NCBI GenBank assembly: GCA_050175015.1
Contig: JBFXJJ010000016.1
Coordinates: 1-51,638 of the forward strand
DNA from: Alphaproteobacteria bacterium
Lineage (GTDB): Bacteria; Pseudomonadota; Alphaproteobacteria; JBFXJJ01
DNA: 51,638 nt
Direction: 5' to 3'
Numbering within the stretch: position 1 is the stretch's first letter; the number at the start of each line of letters is the position of its first letter. The notes below the pieces were generated by a model. The model ran no database searches and was not told the DNA's origin. It saw only the letters and a program-made list of their open reading frames with translations. Both the position numbers and the translations under genes were made by a program. Positions 26,566 through 35,894 of the stretch are shown piece by piece.

Positions 26566-29010
26566 TTATAACACTTGTTCAGCGCCCCAAATTTCTTTGG
26601 CATATTCTAAAATAGTTCTATCGCTGGAGAATTTGCTGATTCTGGCAATGTTTAAGATTGCTCTTCTTGCCCATTCGTCACGATCAACAAAGTCTTCAGT
26701 AATAGCATCTTGAGTTTTAATATAGCTTTCTAAGTCGGCTAAAAGGAAGTAATAATCTCTATTCATTAAGCTGTCATAGATCGGCTTAAATAATGTTCCT
26801 GCTTCACCTTCACAGAAATCAATTGATGCTAAGCTGTTCATAATTCTACGGATATTAGAATTATTATTATAGTAATGCCAAGGATCATACTGACCACTTT
26901 GCTGCATTTTTTGAACTTCTTCTGCGGTTAAACCAAAAAGATAGAAGTTGTCTTCGCCGACTTCTTCTCTAATTTCAATATTGGCGCCGTCTAAAGTTCC
27001 AATTGTTAAAGCTCCATTTAAAGCAAATTTCATATTTCCCGTACCAGAAGCTTCAAAACCTGCGGTTGAGATTTGTTCACTGACATCTGCTGCAGGGAAA
27101 ATGCGTTCAGCAACAGAAACTTTATAATCAGGAATAAAAACGACTTTAATTTGATTTTTAACTCTAGGATCATTGTTTACGGTTTTAGCAATGTTATTAA
27201 TAAGTTTGATTATTAATTTTGCCATTTTATATGAAGGAGCTGCTTTGCCGCCGAAAATATAAGTTCTAGGATAAGCAAGCTTTTTACCATCTTTTATAAT
27301 AGAATAATATTGATGAATAATGTTTAAGGCATTTAAAAGCTGACGTTTATACTCATGAATACGTTTTGCCTGAACGTCAAAAATACTATTAACATTAATT
27401 TTAACATTGGTTTTGTCAAAAATAATTTTGGCAAGTTTTTTCTTGTTTAAAGCTTTGATTTCTAAAAACTGTTTTATAAATGCAGGGTCGTCAGCAAAAG
27501 GTTCAATTTTCTTTATTTCTTCTAGGTTAGTAATCCAGCCGTCTCCAATCTTAGATGAAATAAGAGCAGAAAGTTCTGGGTTAGAAGTTAAAAGCCAACG
27601 TCTTGGTGTAATACCATTGGTTTTGTTTTGAAATTTTTGTGGCCAGAGTTCATAGAAATCAGGAACAAGATTCTTTTTAATAAGTTCAGAGTGAAGCTCC
27701 GCAACGCCATTGACAGCGTGGCTTCCAATAATAGCAAGATTAGCCATACGAACTTTTTTATGTTCGCCTTCACTGATGATTGACATTTTAGAAAGTTTGC
27801 TCATATCAGAAGGATATAAAGAATTTATTTGTTCAATAAATCTATGATTTATTTCATAAATAATTTTCATATGTCTAGGAAGAACAGTCTCTAAAATAGA
27901 TACTGACCATTGTTCCAGAGCTTCTGGAAGAAGGGTGTGATTGGTATAAGCTAGGGTATTAGTTGTAATTTCCCAAGCAGTATCCCAGTCCAAACCTCTT
28001 TCGTCCATTGAAACGCGCATCATTTCAGGAACAGCTAAGGCTGGGTGCGTGTCATTAAGCTGGATAGCAACTTTATTTGGCAAATCTCTTAAATCGTCAT
28101 TCTTTTCTAAGAAACGTCTAATAATATCGTGAATAGCGCACGATACAAAGAAATACTGCTGGGTCAGACGAAGTTTTTTGCCAGCTTCAACAGCATCAGA
28201 AGGATAAAGAACTTTTGATACGGTTTCTGATTTGATTTTTTGCTCAACGGCTTTCATATAACCGCCATCGTTAAACGTAGCGATATCAAGGTCATCAGAA
28301 GAACAAGCTGAGAAAAGTCTCAAATAGTTAATAGTATTGCCGCCGTAACCAACGATAGGCATATCAAAAGGAACACCTATTAAATATTCACAATTTGTCC
28401 AAAAACCTTTGTCGTCAAGACTCCCATAAAACGGAATTTTAATTGATCTTTCGTGGCGCTCAATCTGCCAAGGAGATGCACTGTCAAGCCAAGAATCCGC
28501 ACGTTCAATTTGGTAGCCATTTTCAAAAGCTTGTTTAAAAAGACCGAATTGATAGTTGATACCATAACCAAAACCAGGAATTCCAAGAGTCGCCATAGAA
28601 TCAAGAAAACAAGCAGCTAACCTTCCGAGACCGCCGTTGCCTAAAGCAGGGTCATATTCAAGATCAAAAATGCTATCAATATCAATATCTAAACCTTCAA
28701 TCTTTACTTTCTTAATATCATCGTAAATACCAAGATTTCTAAGGTTGTTTTCTAATGACCTGCCAATTAAAAATTCTACCGAAAGATAATAAACTCTTTT
28801 AGTATCGCTTTTTTCGTGTCTTGCCGCAGTATCAAACATGCCATCAATAGCATATTCACGAGTAGCAAGAGCAATAGCTGTTAAGACATCAGCATTAGTT
28901 GCTTCGCAAGGGCGTTTTCCAATAGAATATTTTAGATGCTGCTCAATAGATTTTGTAAGCCTTGAAACGTTGTCCTGAGCTTCGAATTTAGTAGTTTTTT
29001 TAGGGGTCAC
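26566..29010 (-). CDS. glgP: Glycogen/alpha-glucan phosphorylase
   Basis: LGNGGLGRLAACF, LNDTHP, KRIHEYKRQ, EASGTGNMK PLP site; GTG start after an AAGGAGG RBS. Confidence 0.97.
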   Translation of the reverse strand: MTPKKTTKFEAQDNVSRLTKSIEQHLKYSIGKRPCEATNADVLTAIALATREYAIDGMFDTAARHEKSDTKRVYYLSVEFLIGRSLENNLRNLGIYDDIKKVKIEGLDIDIDSIFDLEYDPALGNGGLGRLAACFLDSMATLGIPGFGYGINYQFGLFKQAFENGYQIERADSWLDSASPWQIERHERSIKIPFYGSLDDKGFWTNCEYLIGVPFDMPIVGYGGNTINYLRLFSACSSDDLDIATFNDGGYMKAVEQKIKSETVSKVLYPSDAVEAGKKLRLTQQYFFVSCAIHDIIRRFLEKNDDLRDLPNKVAIQLNDTHPALAVPEMMRVSMDERGLDWDTAWEITTNTLAYTNHTLLPEALEQWSVSILETVLPRHMKIIYEINHRFIEQINSLYPSDMSKLSKMSIISEGEHKKVRMANLAIIGSHAVNGVAELHSELIKKNLVPDFYELWPQKFQNKTNGITPRRWLLTSNPELSALISSKIGDGWITNLEEIKKIEPFADDPAFIKQFLEIKALNKKKLAKIIFDKTNVKINVNSIFDVQAKRIHEYKRQLLNALNIIHQYYSIIKDGKKLAYPRTYIFGGKAAPSYKMAKLIIKLINNIAKTVNNDPRVKNQIKVVFIPDYKVSVAERIFPAADVSEQISTAGFEASGTGNMKFALNGALTIGTLDGANIEIREEVGEDNFYLFGLTAEEVQKMQQSGQYDPWHYYNNNSNIRRIMNSLASIDFCEGEAGTLFKPIYDSLMNRDYYFLLADLESYIKTQDAITEDFVDRDEWARRAILNIARISKFSSDRTILEYAKEIWGAEQVL

Positions 29011-29291
29011 CTTGTCCTCCTTAATTTAGTGCGGTTTATAACGTTTAAGGGTTATCTAACATAAATGATAGATTTTTAGCAAGATACTTTATTGATTAAT
29101 TTTGTTTGATTATTTTTTGCGTATAAAAATTTTTATTAAAAAAGCGTTTTTATAAAAGGCAAAAAAAGGGTATTATTCAATCATAACAAAAGGGCTTGAG
29201 TTTGTTTTGTGCAGTAGCATCACCTTAAGCTTTACGGGTGTTTAATAAAGCCTTTTGATAATTTTTTTGCTTTGTTAAGAAATGTTAAAAA

Positions 29292-29316
29292 AAAGATTGA
29301 CTTTGAGTCAAACTTT
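29292..29316. promoter_or_regulatory. Palindromic operator-like site overlapping a TTGACT -35 candidate upstream of the HAD cluster
   Basis: AAAG-A-TTGACT-TTG-AGTCAA-A-CTTT. Confidence 0.45.
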
Positions 29317-29420
29317 GTGTAAAAATAGACAAAACAAGACAAAGATGGATAGTTTTATTTAACGATTCCTAAAGCAAGACAAGATTTTACATAACTAAAT
29401 TTTTTTAAGGTATAAACATA

Positions 29421-30413
29421 ATGAAAGAAAAAGCTCCTAAAAAAGAAATTAAACTAATTGTTTCAGATATTGATAATACCATTGCTGATTATTTCGATGT
29501 TTGGGGCAAGGGCATAGCCAAAGCGGTTACAATGTTAGCCAAAAGCCGTGGTATCTCAGAAGATGCTATCTATGAGGATATAAAAACCAACACCCCAGGA
29601 GGAGATATTTTCCACCCTAATATTGATTACCTAATAAGAAATACAACAATTCTTCAGCCGAAAACTGAAAAAGAAAAAGCACGTTATGATAGAGATGATG
29701 CTAAGATTATGCACGAAGTTAATAAAATGCGTATTGCTGGAGATAAGGCTTATTCTGGCGTTATGGCAACAATTACCAAAGCTAAGGCTTCTGGTGCTAA
29801 GGTTGTGTTTTATACTGATGCTGCAATGTCTGTTGCAATCGGTCGTTTAGCTAATATGGGAATCCCTGTTGATATGATAGATGGTCTTTACGCGCGTAAA
29901 GATGATGCTCCTCGTAAAGCTCCTATTGGTGTTAGATCGAAAGTTACAAAATATCGCAAAGCTTTAGAAGCTAGAATTTCTGATAATATGTATGTTGGCG
30001 AAGGCTGGAAACCAAATCCAGACTTGTTAACAACCATTATGAAAAAAGCTGGCGTTGAGAATCCAAAAGAAGTCGTTATGGTTGGTGATAACGTAAAATC
30101 AGATGGCGGCAGTGGTATTGGTGCTGGTTGTGAATATGCTTGGGCTAAATACGGTGCAAGTATTTCTCAGGAAGCTCAAGATACTTATGCAAAACTCAAT
30201 ACTAAAAAAGGTTATGAACTTGGTGTAAAAGGTCATCTAAAACAAATGAATGATGGTAACCGCCCTACAGTAATCTTAGAAAAAAGTTTTGCTGATTTAA
30301 CAAAATACTATAAATTTGTTCCAGCTAATGATAAAGTTATCGATAACTCTAAAGAGAAAGCCAATGCAGACGTTGTAAACTCTGTGGTTGCTAAACTTAG
30401 AGAGGGTCGTTAA
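29421..30413 (+). CDS. HAD-superfamily hydrolase, paralog 1
   Basis: Motif I SDIDNT, II YTD, III KPNP, IV GDNVKSD. Confidence 0.9.
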   Translation: MKEKAPKKEIKLIVSDIDNTIADYFDVWGKGIAKAVTMLAKSRGISEDAIYEDIKTNTPGGDIFHPNIDYLIRNTTILQPKTEKEKARYDRDDAKIMHEVNKMRIAGDKAYSGVMATITKAKASGAKVVFYTDAAMSVAIGRLANMGIPVDMIDGLYARKDDAPRKAPIGVRSKVTKYRKALEARISDNMYVGEGWKPNPDLLTTIMKKAGVENPKEVVMVGDNVKSDGGSGIGAGCEYAWAKYGASISQEAQDTYAKLNTKKGYELGVKGHLKQMNDGNRPTVILEKSFADLTKYYKFVPANDKVIDNSKEKANADVVNSVVAKLREGR

Positions 30414-30436
30414 TCTTTAATTTAGAGGTGTTTAAA

Positions 30437-30799
30437 GTGAGCAAAGATAGTAAAAATTTAATCAGAGCTGTTGATTATTTGCCTACGGAAGAAGAAAAAA
30501 CAAAAAAACATGCTGAATTAGCAAAAAGTTCAGAACCATTATATGAAGAACTTATGCTTTCAGATGAGAATGAAGAAGTTCTTTTAAGAATTTTCGGAGA
30601 TATGCCAGATTATTCAGATGATAAAATTGACGCCCTTTGGGAAGAGATTTTTAATTCAGAGCCTAAAGAGGTTTATGAATATTGCTTATCAAAAGGTGTT
30701 GATGTTTTAGATGGTGAAGGTAATCCAGTATCTCCATGGCGTGACATCGCAGTTATGTTAAAGTCAATAGATAAGGGATATATATCTTTAGCAGAGTAG
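30437..30799 (+). CDS. Acidic hypothetical protein between HAD paralogs
   Basis: About 120 aa. The GTG at 30437 follows GAGG; the ORF track start is 30428. No recognisable domain. Confidence 0.75.
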   Translation: MSKDSKNLIRAVDYLPTEEEKTKKHAELAKSSEPLYEELMLSDENEEVLLRIFGDMPDYSDDKIDALWEEIFNSEPKEVYEYCLSKGVDVLDGEGNPVSPWRDIAVMLKSIDKGYISLAE

Positions 30800-30859
30800 T
30801 TTTAACTAAGGCTAAATTTTAATTTAAAAGTTTTTTATATATATGAATAGAGGTTTATC

Positions 30860-31840
30860 ATGAGTGAAAAGAGAGATGTATCATTAGTTGTTAGCGATGT
30901 TGATAACACTATCTTAGATTTTTTTGGAACTTGGGGTGTCTCTACCAAAAAAGCTTTTGAAGATTTAGCTGTAAGTCGTAACATTTCTATGGATGATTTG
31001 GTGGCTGACGTTATGAAAAATACTCACCCTGAGTATAGAATGCATGACTTACCTGCTATGGTAAAAGCAGCTCCTATTCTTCAACCTAAAAATGAGGAAG
31101 AAAAAGCTAAATTTGCTAAAGATGATGCCAGAATTATTCATAATTGGCAGAAAGAGAGAGCCGCGACACCTTTTTATGATGGTGTTGTTGCTACTATTCG
31201 CAAAATGAAATCGAACGGTTGTAAATTCGTTCTTTATTCTGATGGTCCTGTTTCTTCTGTTGTTGCAAGACTCGCACAACGAAACTTTCCTGCCGATTTA
31301 ATCGACGGTATTTATGCTCAGCCAGCTCTTCCTGATGCTAAAACAGGAAAAGTGCCACCTCTTGCTACAGACAGCAAATCGGCTGCATTTGTAGAAGCTT
31401 TAGGTGATAAAATTAGACCTCTTTATGATTGTCCTCATAAACCAAATCCTGATGCTCTTTTAAGAATCATAAAAGATATGGAAATTGAGAATCCTAAAGA
31501 AGTTGTAATGGTTGGCGATAATTTAAGATCTGATTGCGGTGGTGGTAATAGAGCAGGGGTTAACACTGCTTGGCAGAAAGATGGCGCTGATGTTTGTAAA
31601 GAAGCTGTAGATTTTTATTTCACAGTTCCAACAAATCCTAACTATGCTGTTGGTTTGGAAAGAATGACTAAACAACTTGAAGACCCAGCTAATACTCCAA
31701 CTGTTGTTTTAGAAAAAGGATTTAAAGATTTAGACAAACTTTTCAGATTTGTTCCTGCTAAAGGCAAAGATCTTAGCTTTGTACAGGATAAAACTATAGT
31801 TAATCCAATTAAATTGGCTATGAAAAACAACGGTCGTTAA
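30860..31840 (+). CDS. HAD-superfamily hydrolase, paralog 2
   Basis: SDVDNT, YSD, KPNP, GDNLRSD. Confidence 0.9.
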   Translation: MSEKRDVSLVVSDVDNTILDFFGTWGVSTKKAFEDLAVSRNISMDDLVADVMKNTHPEYRMHDLPAMVKAAPILQPKNEEEKAKFAKDDARIIHNWQKERAATPFYDGVVATIRKMKSNGCKFVLYSDGPVSSVVARLAQRNFPADLIDGIYAQPALPDAKTGKVPPLATDSKSAAFVEALGDKIRPLYDCPHKPNPDALLRIIKDMEIENPKEVVMVGDNLRSDCGGGNRAGVNTAWQKDGADVCKEAVDFYFTVPTNPNYAVGLERMTKQLEDPANTPTVVLEKGFKDLDKLFRFVPAKGKDLSFVQDKTIVNPIKLAMKNNGR

Positions 31841-31854
31841 TTTTTTAATTCAAC

Positions 31855-31882
31855 TTTTTTAGGCTGGTTTCAGTCTAAAAAA
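31855..31882 (+). other. Hairpin directly after HAD paralog 2
   Basis: TTTTTTAGGCTG-GTTT-CAGTCTAAAAAA. Confidence 0.55.
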
Positions 31883-31913
31883 ATGGGGAATAAAAGTAGA
31901 AAAACAAACATTG

Positions 31914-31942
31914 AAAGAGCCCCCACTTTTACGGGGCTCTTT
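31914..31942 (+). terminator. GC-rich terminator-like hairpin 35 nt upstream of HAD paralog 3
   Basis: AAAGAGCCCC...GGGGCTCTTT followed by ATGTTTTTT. Confidence 0.7.
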
Positions 31943-31977
31943 ATGTTTTTTAAACAAATTGTAGGAGGTTTGTTATT

Positions 31978-32946
31978 ATGGAGAATAAAACAGAAGTTTC
32001 ACTAGTTGTTAGTGATGTTGCTAATACTGTTGTTGATTTTTTTGGCAACTGGGGAACTTCAACTAAAAAAGCTTTTGAAGATTTAGCCGCAAGCCGTAAA
32101 ATTACAATGGATAGTCTTGTTGAAGATGTTATGGCAAATACATCATCAGAAAGCCGTATGTATGACTTAGCTACAATGATTAAAATGTCGCCAATTCTAC
32201 AGCCAAAGAATGACGAAGAAAAAGCTAACTTTGCCAAAGATGATGCTAAGATTATTCACGAGTGGCAAAAAAAACGAGATGATAACACTTTTTATGAAGG
32301 TGTAATTGACAGTGTTCGTGAGGTTAAGTCCAAAGGCTGTAAATTTGTATTTTATTCAGATTCTCCTATATCATCGGTTGTGGCAAGGCTGGCACAGGGT
32401 AACTTCCCAGCTGATTTAATTGATGGTATTTATGCTCAGCCTGACTTGCCTAATGCTTCGGAAGTTCCTATGGAAATCGCAAGCAAGGTTAATCAGTATA
32501 AAAAACTTTTAGGTGATAAAGTTAGACCGTTATATAACTGTCCCAACAAACCGCATCCTGTCGCTTTAAAAAAGATTATGAAAGATATGAAGGTTGAAAA
32601 TCCGAAACAAGCCGTTATGGTTGGTGACAGTCTTCGCTCTGATTGTGGCGGAGGCAATGCCGCTGGAATGAATACTGCTTGGCAGAAACAAGGTGCCGAT
32701 GTTTGTAAAGAAGCTGTTGATTTTTACTTTACAATTCCTATGAAACCAAATTATGTTCTAGGTTTGGAAAGGTCTTTAAAACAGTTGTCAGAACACCCTG
32801 AGTACAAACCTTCGGTTGTTTTGGAAAAGGGATATAGAGATTTGAATAAGCATTTTGAGTTTGTTTCTGCAGACAAAAATAAATCTTCAGAAAAAACAGT
32901 TTTAAATGCTCAAGTTATGAATAAATTGCTGGCTAAGCAGAGATAA
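31978..32946 (+). CDS. HAD-superfamily hydrolase, paralog 3 (motif I DxD changed to DxA)
   Basis: SDVANT, YSD, KPHP, GDSLRSD; long identical stretches shared with paralog 2. Confidence 0.9.
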   Translation: MENKTEVSLVVSDVANTVVDFFGNWGTSTKKAFEDLAASRKITMDSLVEDVMANTSSESRMYDLATMIKMSPILQPKNDEEKANFAKDDAKIIHEWQKKRDDNTFYEGVIDSVREVKSKGCKFVFYSDSPISSVVARLAQGNFPADLIDGIYAQPDLPNASEVPMEIASKVNQYKKLLGDKVRPLYNCPNKPHPVALKKIMKDMKVENPKQAVMVGDSLRSDCGGGNAAGMNTAWQKQGADVCKEAVDFYFTIPMKPNYVLGLERSLKQLSEHPEYKPSVVLEKGYRDLNKHFEFVSADKNKSSEKTVLNAQVMNKLLAKQR

Positions 32947-32970
32947 GGTTAGCCGTAAGGTTCTTAAAAA

Positions 32971-33642
32971 ATGTATGATTTTGAAACGGCCCGCTTTAAA
33001 ATGCTAGAAAATCAGCTGCTTGGGAGTGAGGCTGTTTCTTATGACGTTGCTCTAGGAGTAGCGTCTATTCCTAGAGAAATATTTCTGCCTGAGACTATGA
33101 AATCTAAATCGTATCTCGATGATGATATTATTGTTAGCAACGATTATTTTTTAATATCGGCGCTTTCTTTAGCTAAACTTGTTGAAGTTGCAGAAGTTAA
33201 CTCAAATGATGTTGTTCTCGATTTGGGTTGCGGCTGTGGTTATTCTTCTGCGGTTATGGCCAAATTCGCCGCTATGGTTGTCGGCGTTGATAAAAACAAG
33301 GATTACGAAGAAATAGCAACTAGAAATTTTGCAGAACTTTCAGTTGATAATGCGGTTATGATAACAACAGATACTCCCGAATTGGGATTAAAAAAACAAG
33401 CACCATATAATCTGATTATGGTTTCGGGTATGCTTGAAGATGTTCCAGAAGTTCTTTTAGAGCAGCTAGCAGATGGGGGAAGGCTAGTTACGGCTTGCTG
33501 TCATAATGATAATAGATATGGCACAGGAGCCTTTTCTTATGGTGAAATCACCAAAGTTATAAGAAAAGGAAGAGCTTTTGATAAAAAAGTATATTCCGAT
33601 ATTCTTTTACCCTTGGCTTCTGTAAAATTTTTTAACAAATAA
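32971..33642 (+). CDS. pcm: Protein-L-isoaspartate O-methyltransferase
   Basis: ARFKMLENQL, IPREIFLP, VLDLGCGCGYSSAV, APYNLI, QLADGGRLV; conserved position before tolC. Confidence 0.88.
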   Translation: MYDFETARFKMLENQLLGSEAVSYDVALGVASIPREIFLPETMKSKSYLDDDIIVSNDYFLISALSLAKLVEVAEVNSNDVVLDLGCGCGYSSAVMAKFAAMVVGVDKNKDYEEIATRNFAELSVDNAVMITTDTPELGLKKQAPYNLIMVSGMLEDVPEVLLEQLADGGRLVTACCHNDNRYGTGAFSYGEITKVIRKGRAFDKKVYSDILLPLASVKFFNK

Positions 33643-33739
33643 GATTAATTTTGTTTGATAGTTTCAATTAAAAACTATATATATACTAAATGGTACACAT
33701 AATACCCATAATAATTTATAAACTAGGTAGAACCAGACG

Positions 33740-35026
33740 ATGAACTATATCACTAAAACACTTTTAAGCGGAATGTGTCTTTTGGCCTTAATGCCGAGTG
33801 CTAGAGCCGAAACTTTAACTGAAGCAATGGCTTTTGCTTATGGTAATAATCCAGAGCTTTTAGCTAAAAGATCATACTTATCTTCAGTATATGAAAAAAT
33901 GCCTCAGGCAAAAGCTGGTTTTAAACCTACCGTAAGTATGGGAGGTTCGGCATCAAGCAGACATACCGAAACTAACTCAGGGACTGATTCTGATACTACC
34001 CCTTATTCCGCATCAATTAGTTTATCTCAGCCAATTTTTAACGGCTTTTCGACGCTCCATGGCATTAAAAGTGCAGATTATACGATTAAGTCAGAACAGG
34101 CAAATATGCGTTCTACCGAACAAAATATCCTTCTTGATGCGGTTACCGCATATATGAATCTTGTTAGAGATGAAGCTGTATTAAAACTTAGAATTAATAA
34201 TGAGCAGGTTCTTTCTCGTAAGCTGGAAGCAACCAATGATCGCTATAAAGTTGGTGAAATTACGAAAACCGATGTGGCACAAGCAGAAGCAAGGTTAATG
34301 CAGGCGCAAGCAGCAAGAATTTTAGCAGAGGGTGAACTCGAAACCTCTAAAGCTAATTATGTAAAAGTAATTGGGCATTCTCCTGCGAATATTGAGGAAG
34401 AACCAAAGTTGTTTGCTGATATGCTTCCTAGCAGTTTAGATGATGCTATAAAAATGGGACTTGAAAATAATCCAAGCATTGTTTCTGCAAAGCATAGTTT
34501 AACGGTCGCGGAAGAGGATATCGGCATAGCTAAGGCTGATTTACTTCCTACTGTTTCTTTAAATGGTTCTGCGGGTCGTTCTTGGAATCAAAATTCTAGC
34601 AATGACTCTACTGATAGCTTGCAAATTACAGCTAATCTTGAAATACCTCTTTATACAGCAGGTGTTGCTAGTTCCAAGGTTCGCAGTGCTAAGTACATTA
34701 CAGGACAAAAACGCAATGATTTAACCAATGAAATTGAGAGTGTGCGTGAAGAAGTAACCAGTGCTTATAAAAGCTTAAGTGCAACAAGAGCAAGTATCAG
34801 AGCGACAATATCTCAAGTTGATGCTGCTGAAATTGCTTTGGAAGGCGTTGAGAAAGAAGCAGAAGTTGGTTCTAGAACACTTTTAGATGTTCTAGACGCA
34901 GAACAAGAGCTCCTAGATGCAAAAGTTAGTTTAGTTGAAGCAAAAAGAGATGAAACGGTTATTTCTGCTACGCTTTTAGCTGCTGTTGGTCAGTTTTCGG
35001 CTGCAGATATTGGTCTAAAAAAATAG
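33740..35026 (+). CDS. tolC: TolC-family outer membrane protein
   Basis: Signal peptide ending ARA-ETL, NNPEL, VGEITKTDVAQAEAR, VGSRTLLDVLDAEQEL. Confidence 0.95.
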   Translation: MNYITKTLLSGMCLLALMPSARAETLTEAMAFAYGNNPELLAKRSYLSSVYEKMPQAKAGFKPTVSMGGSASSRHTETNSGTDSDTTPYSASISLSQPIFNGFSTLHGIKSADYTIKSEQANMRSTEQNILLDAVTAYMNLVRDEAVLKLRINNEQVLSRKLEATNDRYKVGEITKTDVAQAEARLMQAQAARILAEGELETSKANYVKVIGHSPANIEEEPKLFADMLPSSLDDAIKMGLENNPSIVSAKHSLTVAEEDIGIAKADLLPTVSLNGSAGRSWNQNSSNDSTDSLQITANLEIPLYTAGVASSKVRSAKYITGQKRNDLTNEIESVREEVTSAYKSLSATRASIRATISQVDAAEIALEGVEKEAEVGSRTLLDVLDAEQELLDAKVSLVEAKRDETVISATLLAAVGQFSAADIGLKK

Positions 35027-35156
35027 AAAAAATGTTAAATTTAGTAAAAAAAATTTGATAAATAAAAAATTTTTTTTTACAAGTTGTTAAATAAACAGTA
35101 TTTATTATTATAGGTATAAGTTTAAAGTGTATAAAAAATAAATACTCAGGTAGATT

Positions 35157-35756
35157 ATGACAGAAGCAAATTCACAAGATCCGTCAATGGAAGATATCCT
35201 ATCATCAATAAGGCGGATTTTATCTGAAGACGAAGAAGCCGGCGGTGAGGAAGCCTCAGCTGCACCTGAAGAAGTGTTTGCAGAAGAAATTCAGCAAGAA
35301 GTCGCTTTTGAAGAGCCAGTTGAAGAGTTTGCACCAATTGAGGAAGAGGTCGTTGATGAACAATTTGGTCAAGATGGTATTGATCAAATGTTTGATGAAC
35401 CTGTTTTTGAAGAACCTATTCCAGAGGAACCTATCTTCGAAGAGCCTGTTTTTGAAGAACCTGAAGAGGTTTTAGAATTAACAGATAGTATGGCTTATAA
35501 TGAGAGCTATGATGAAGATTCTATCATTTCTAAACCTGCCGCAACTGCCACAGCTTGTTCTCTTGCTGAGTTGGCTAAAGCTGTTGCCTCCGATCGTAAC
35601 TTAGGACTTGGCGGGCAAGGTGTTACTTTAGAAGAGCTTGTTAAACAGATGCTCAAACCATTCTTAAAAGAATGGCTTGATGCTAATTTACCATATGTTG
35701 TTGAACGTATTGTAAAAAAAGAGATTGCAAGAGTTATCGATAAAGCAAGCCTTTAA
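35157..35756 (+). CDS. popZ: Pole-organizing protein PopZ (DUF2497)
   Basis: N-terminal PSMEDILSSIRRILSED, acidic Pro-rich linker, C-terminal TLEELVKQMLKPFLKEWLDANLP..VERIVKKEI. Confidence 0.93.
   Translation: MTEANSQDPSMEDILSSIRRILSEDEEAGGEEASAAPEEVFAEEIQQEVAFEEPVEEFAPIEEEVVDEQFGQDGIDQMFDEPVFEEPIPEEPIFEEPVFEEPEEVLELTDSMAYNESYDEDSIISKPAATATACSLAELAKAVASDRNLGLGGQGVTLEELVKQMLKPFLKEWLDANLPYVVERIVKKEIARVIDKASL
35398..35466 (+). repeat. 15-nt coding tandem repeat (EPVFE/EPIPE/EPIFE/EPVFE) in the PopZ linker
   Basis: GAACCTGTTTTTGAA-like units. Confidence 0.75.
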
Positions 35757-35894
35757 AAAATCTTAAAAAAGCCAAAGCAAAATTCATTTAGTTATACGAT
35801 GTAAAAAAGTTTTATTTTTTACTTGTGAAAACTTATCTGTTAAAACTCGTCGTAAGGCAAAAAATCTTACAACTAAACACAACCATTCTATTGG

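Noticed and set aside
32971-35026. TolC as a dedicated type I exporter for the HAD cluster
   Set aside because: pcm-tolC-popZ is ordinary alphaproteobacterial synteny. There is no ABC/MFP gene here and no RTX repeats in the HADs. It remains a less likely alternative for the C-terminal tails.
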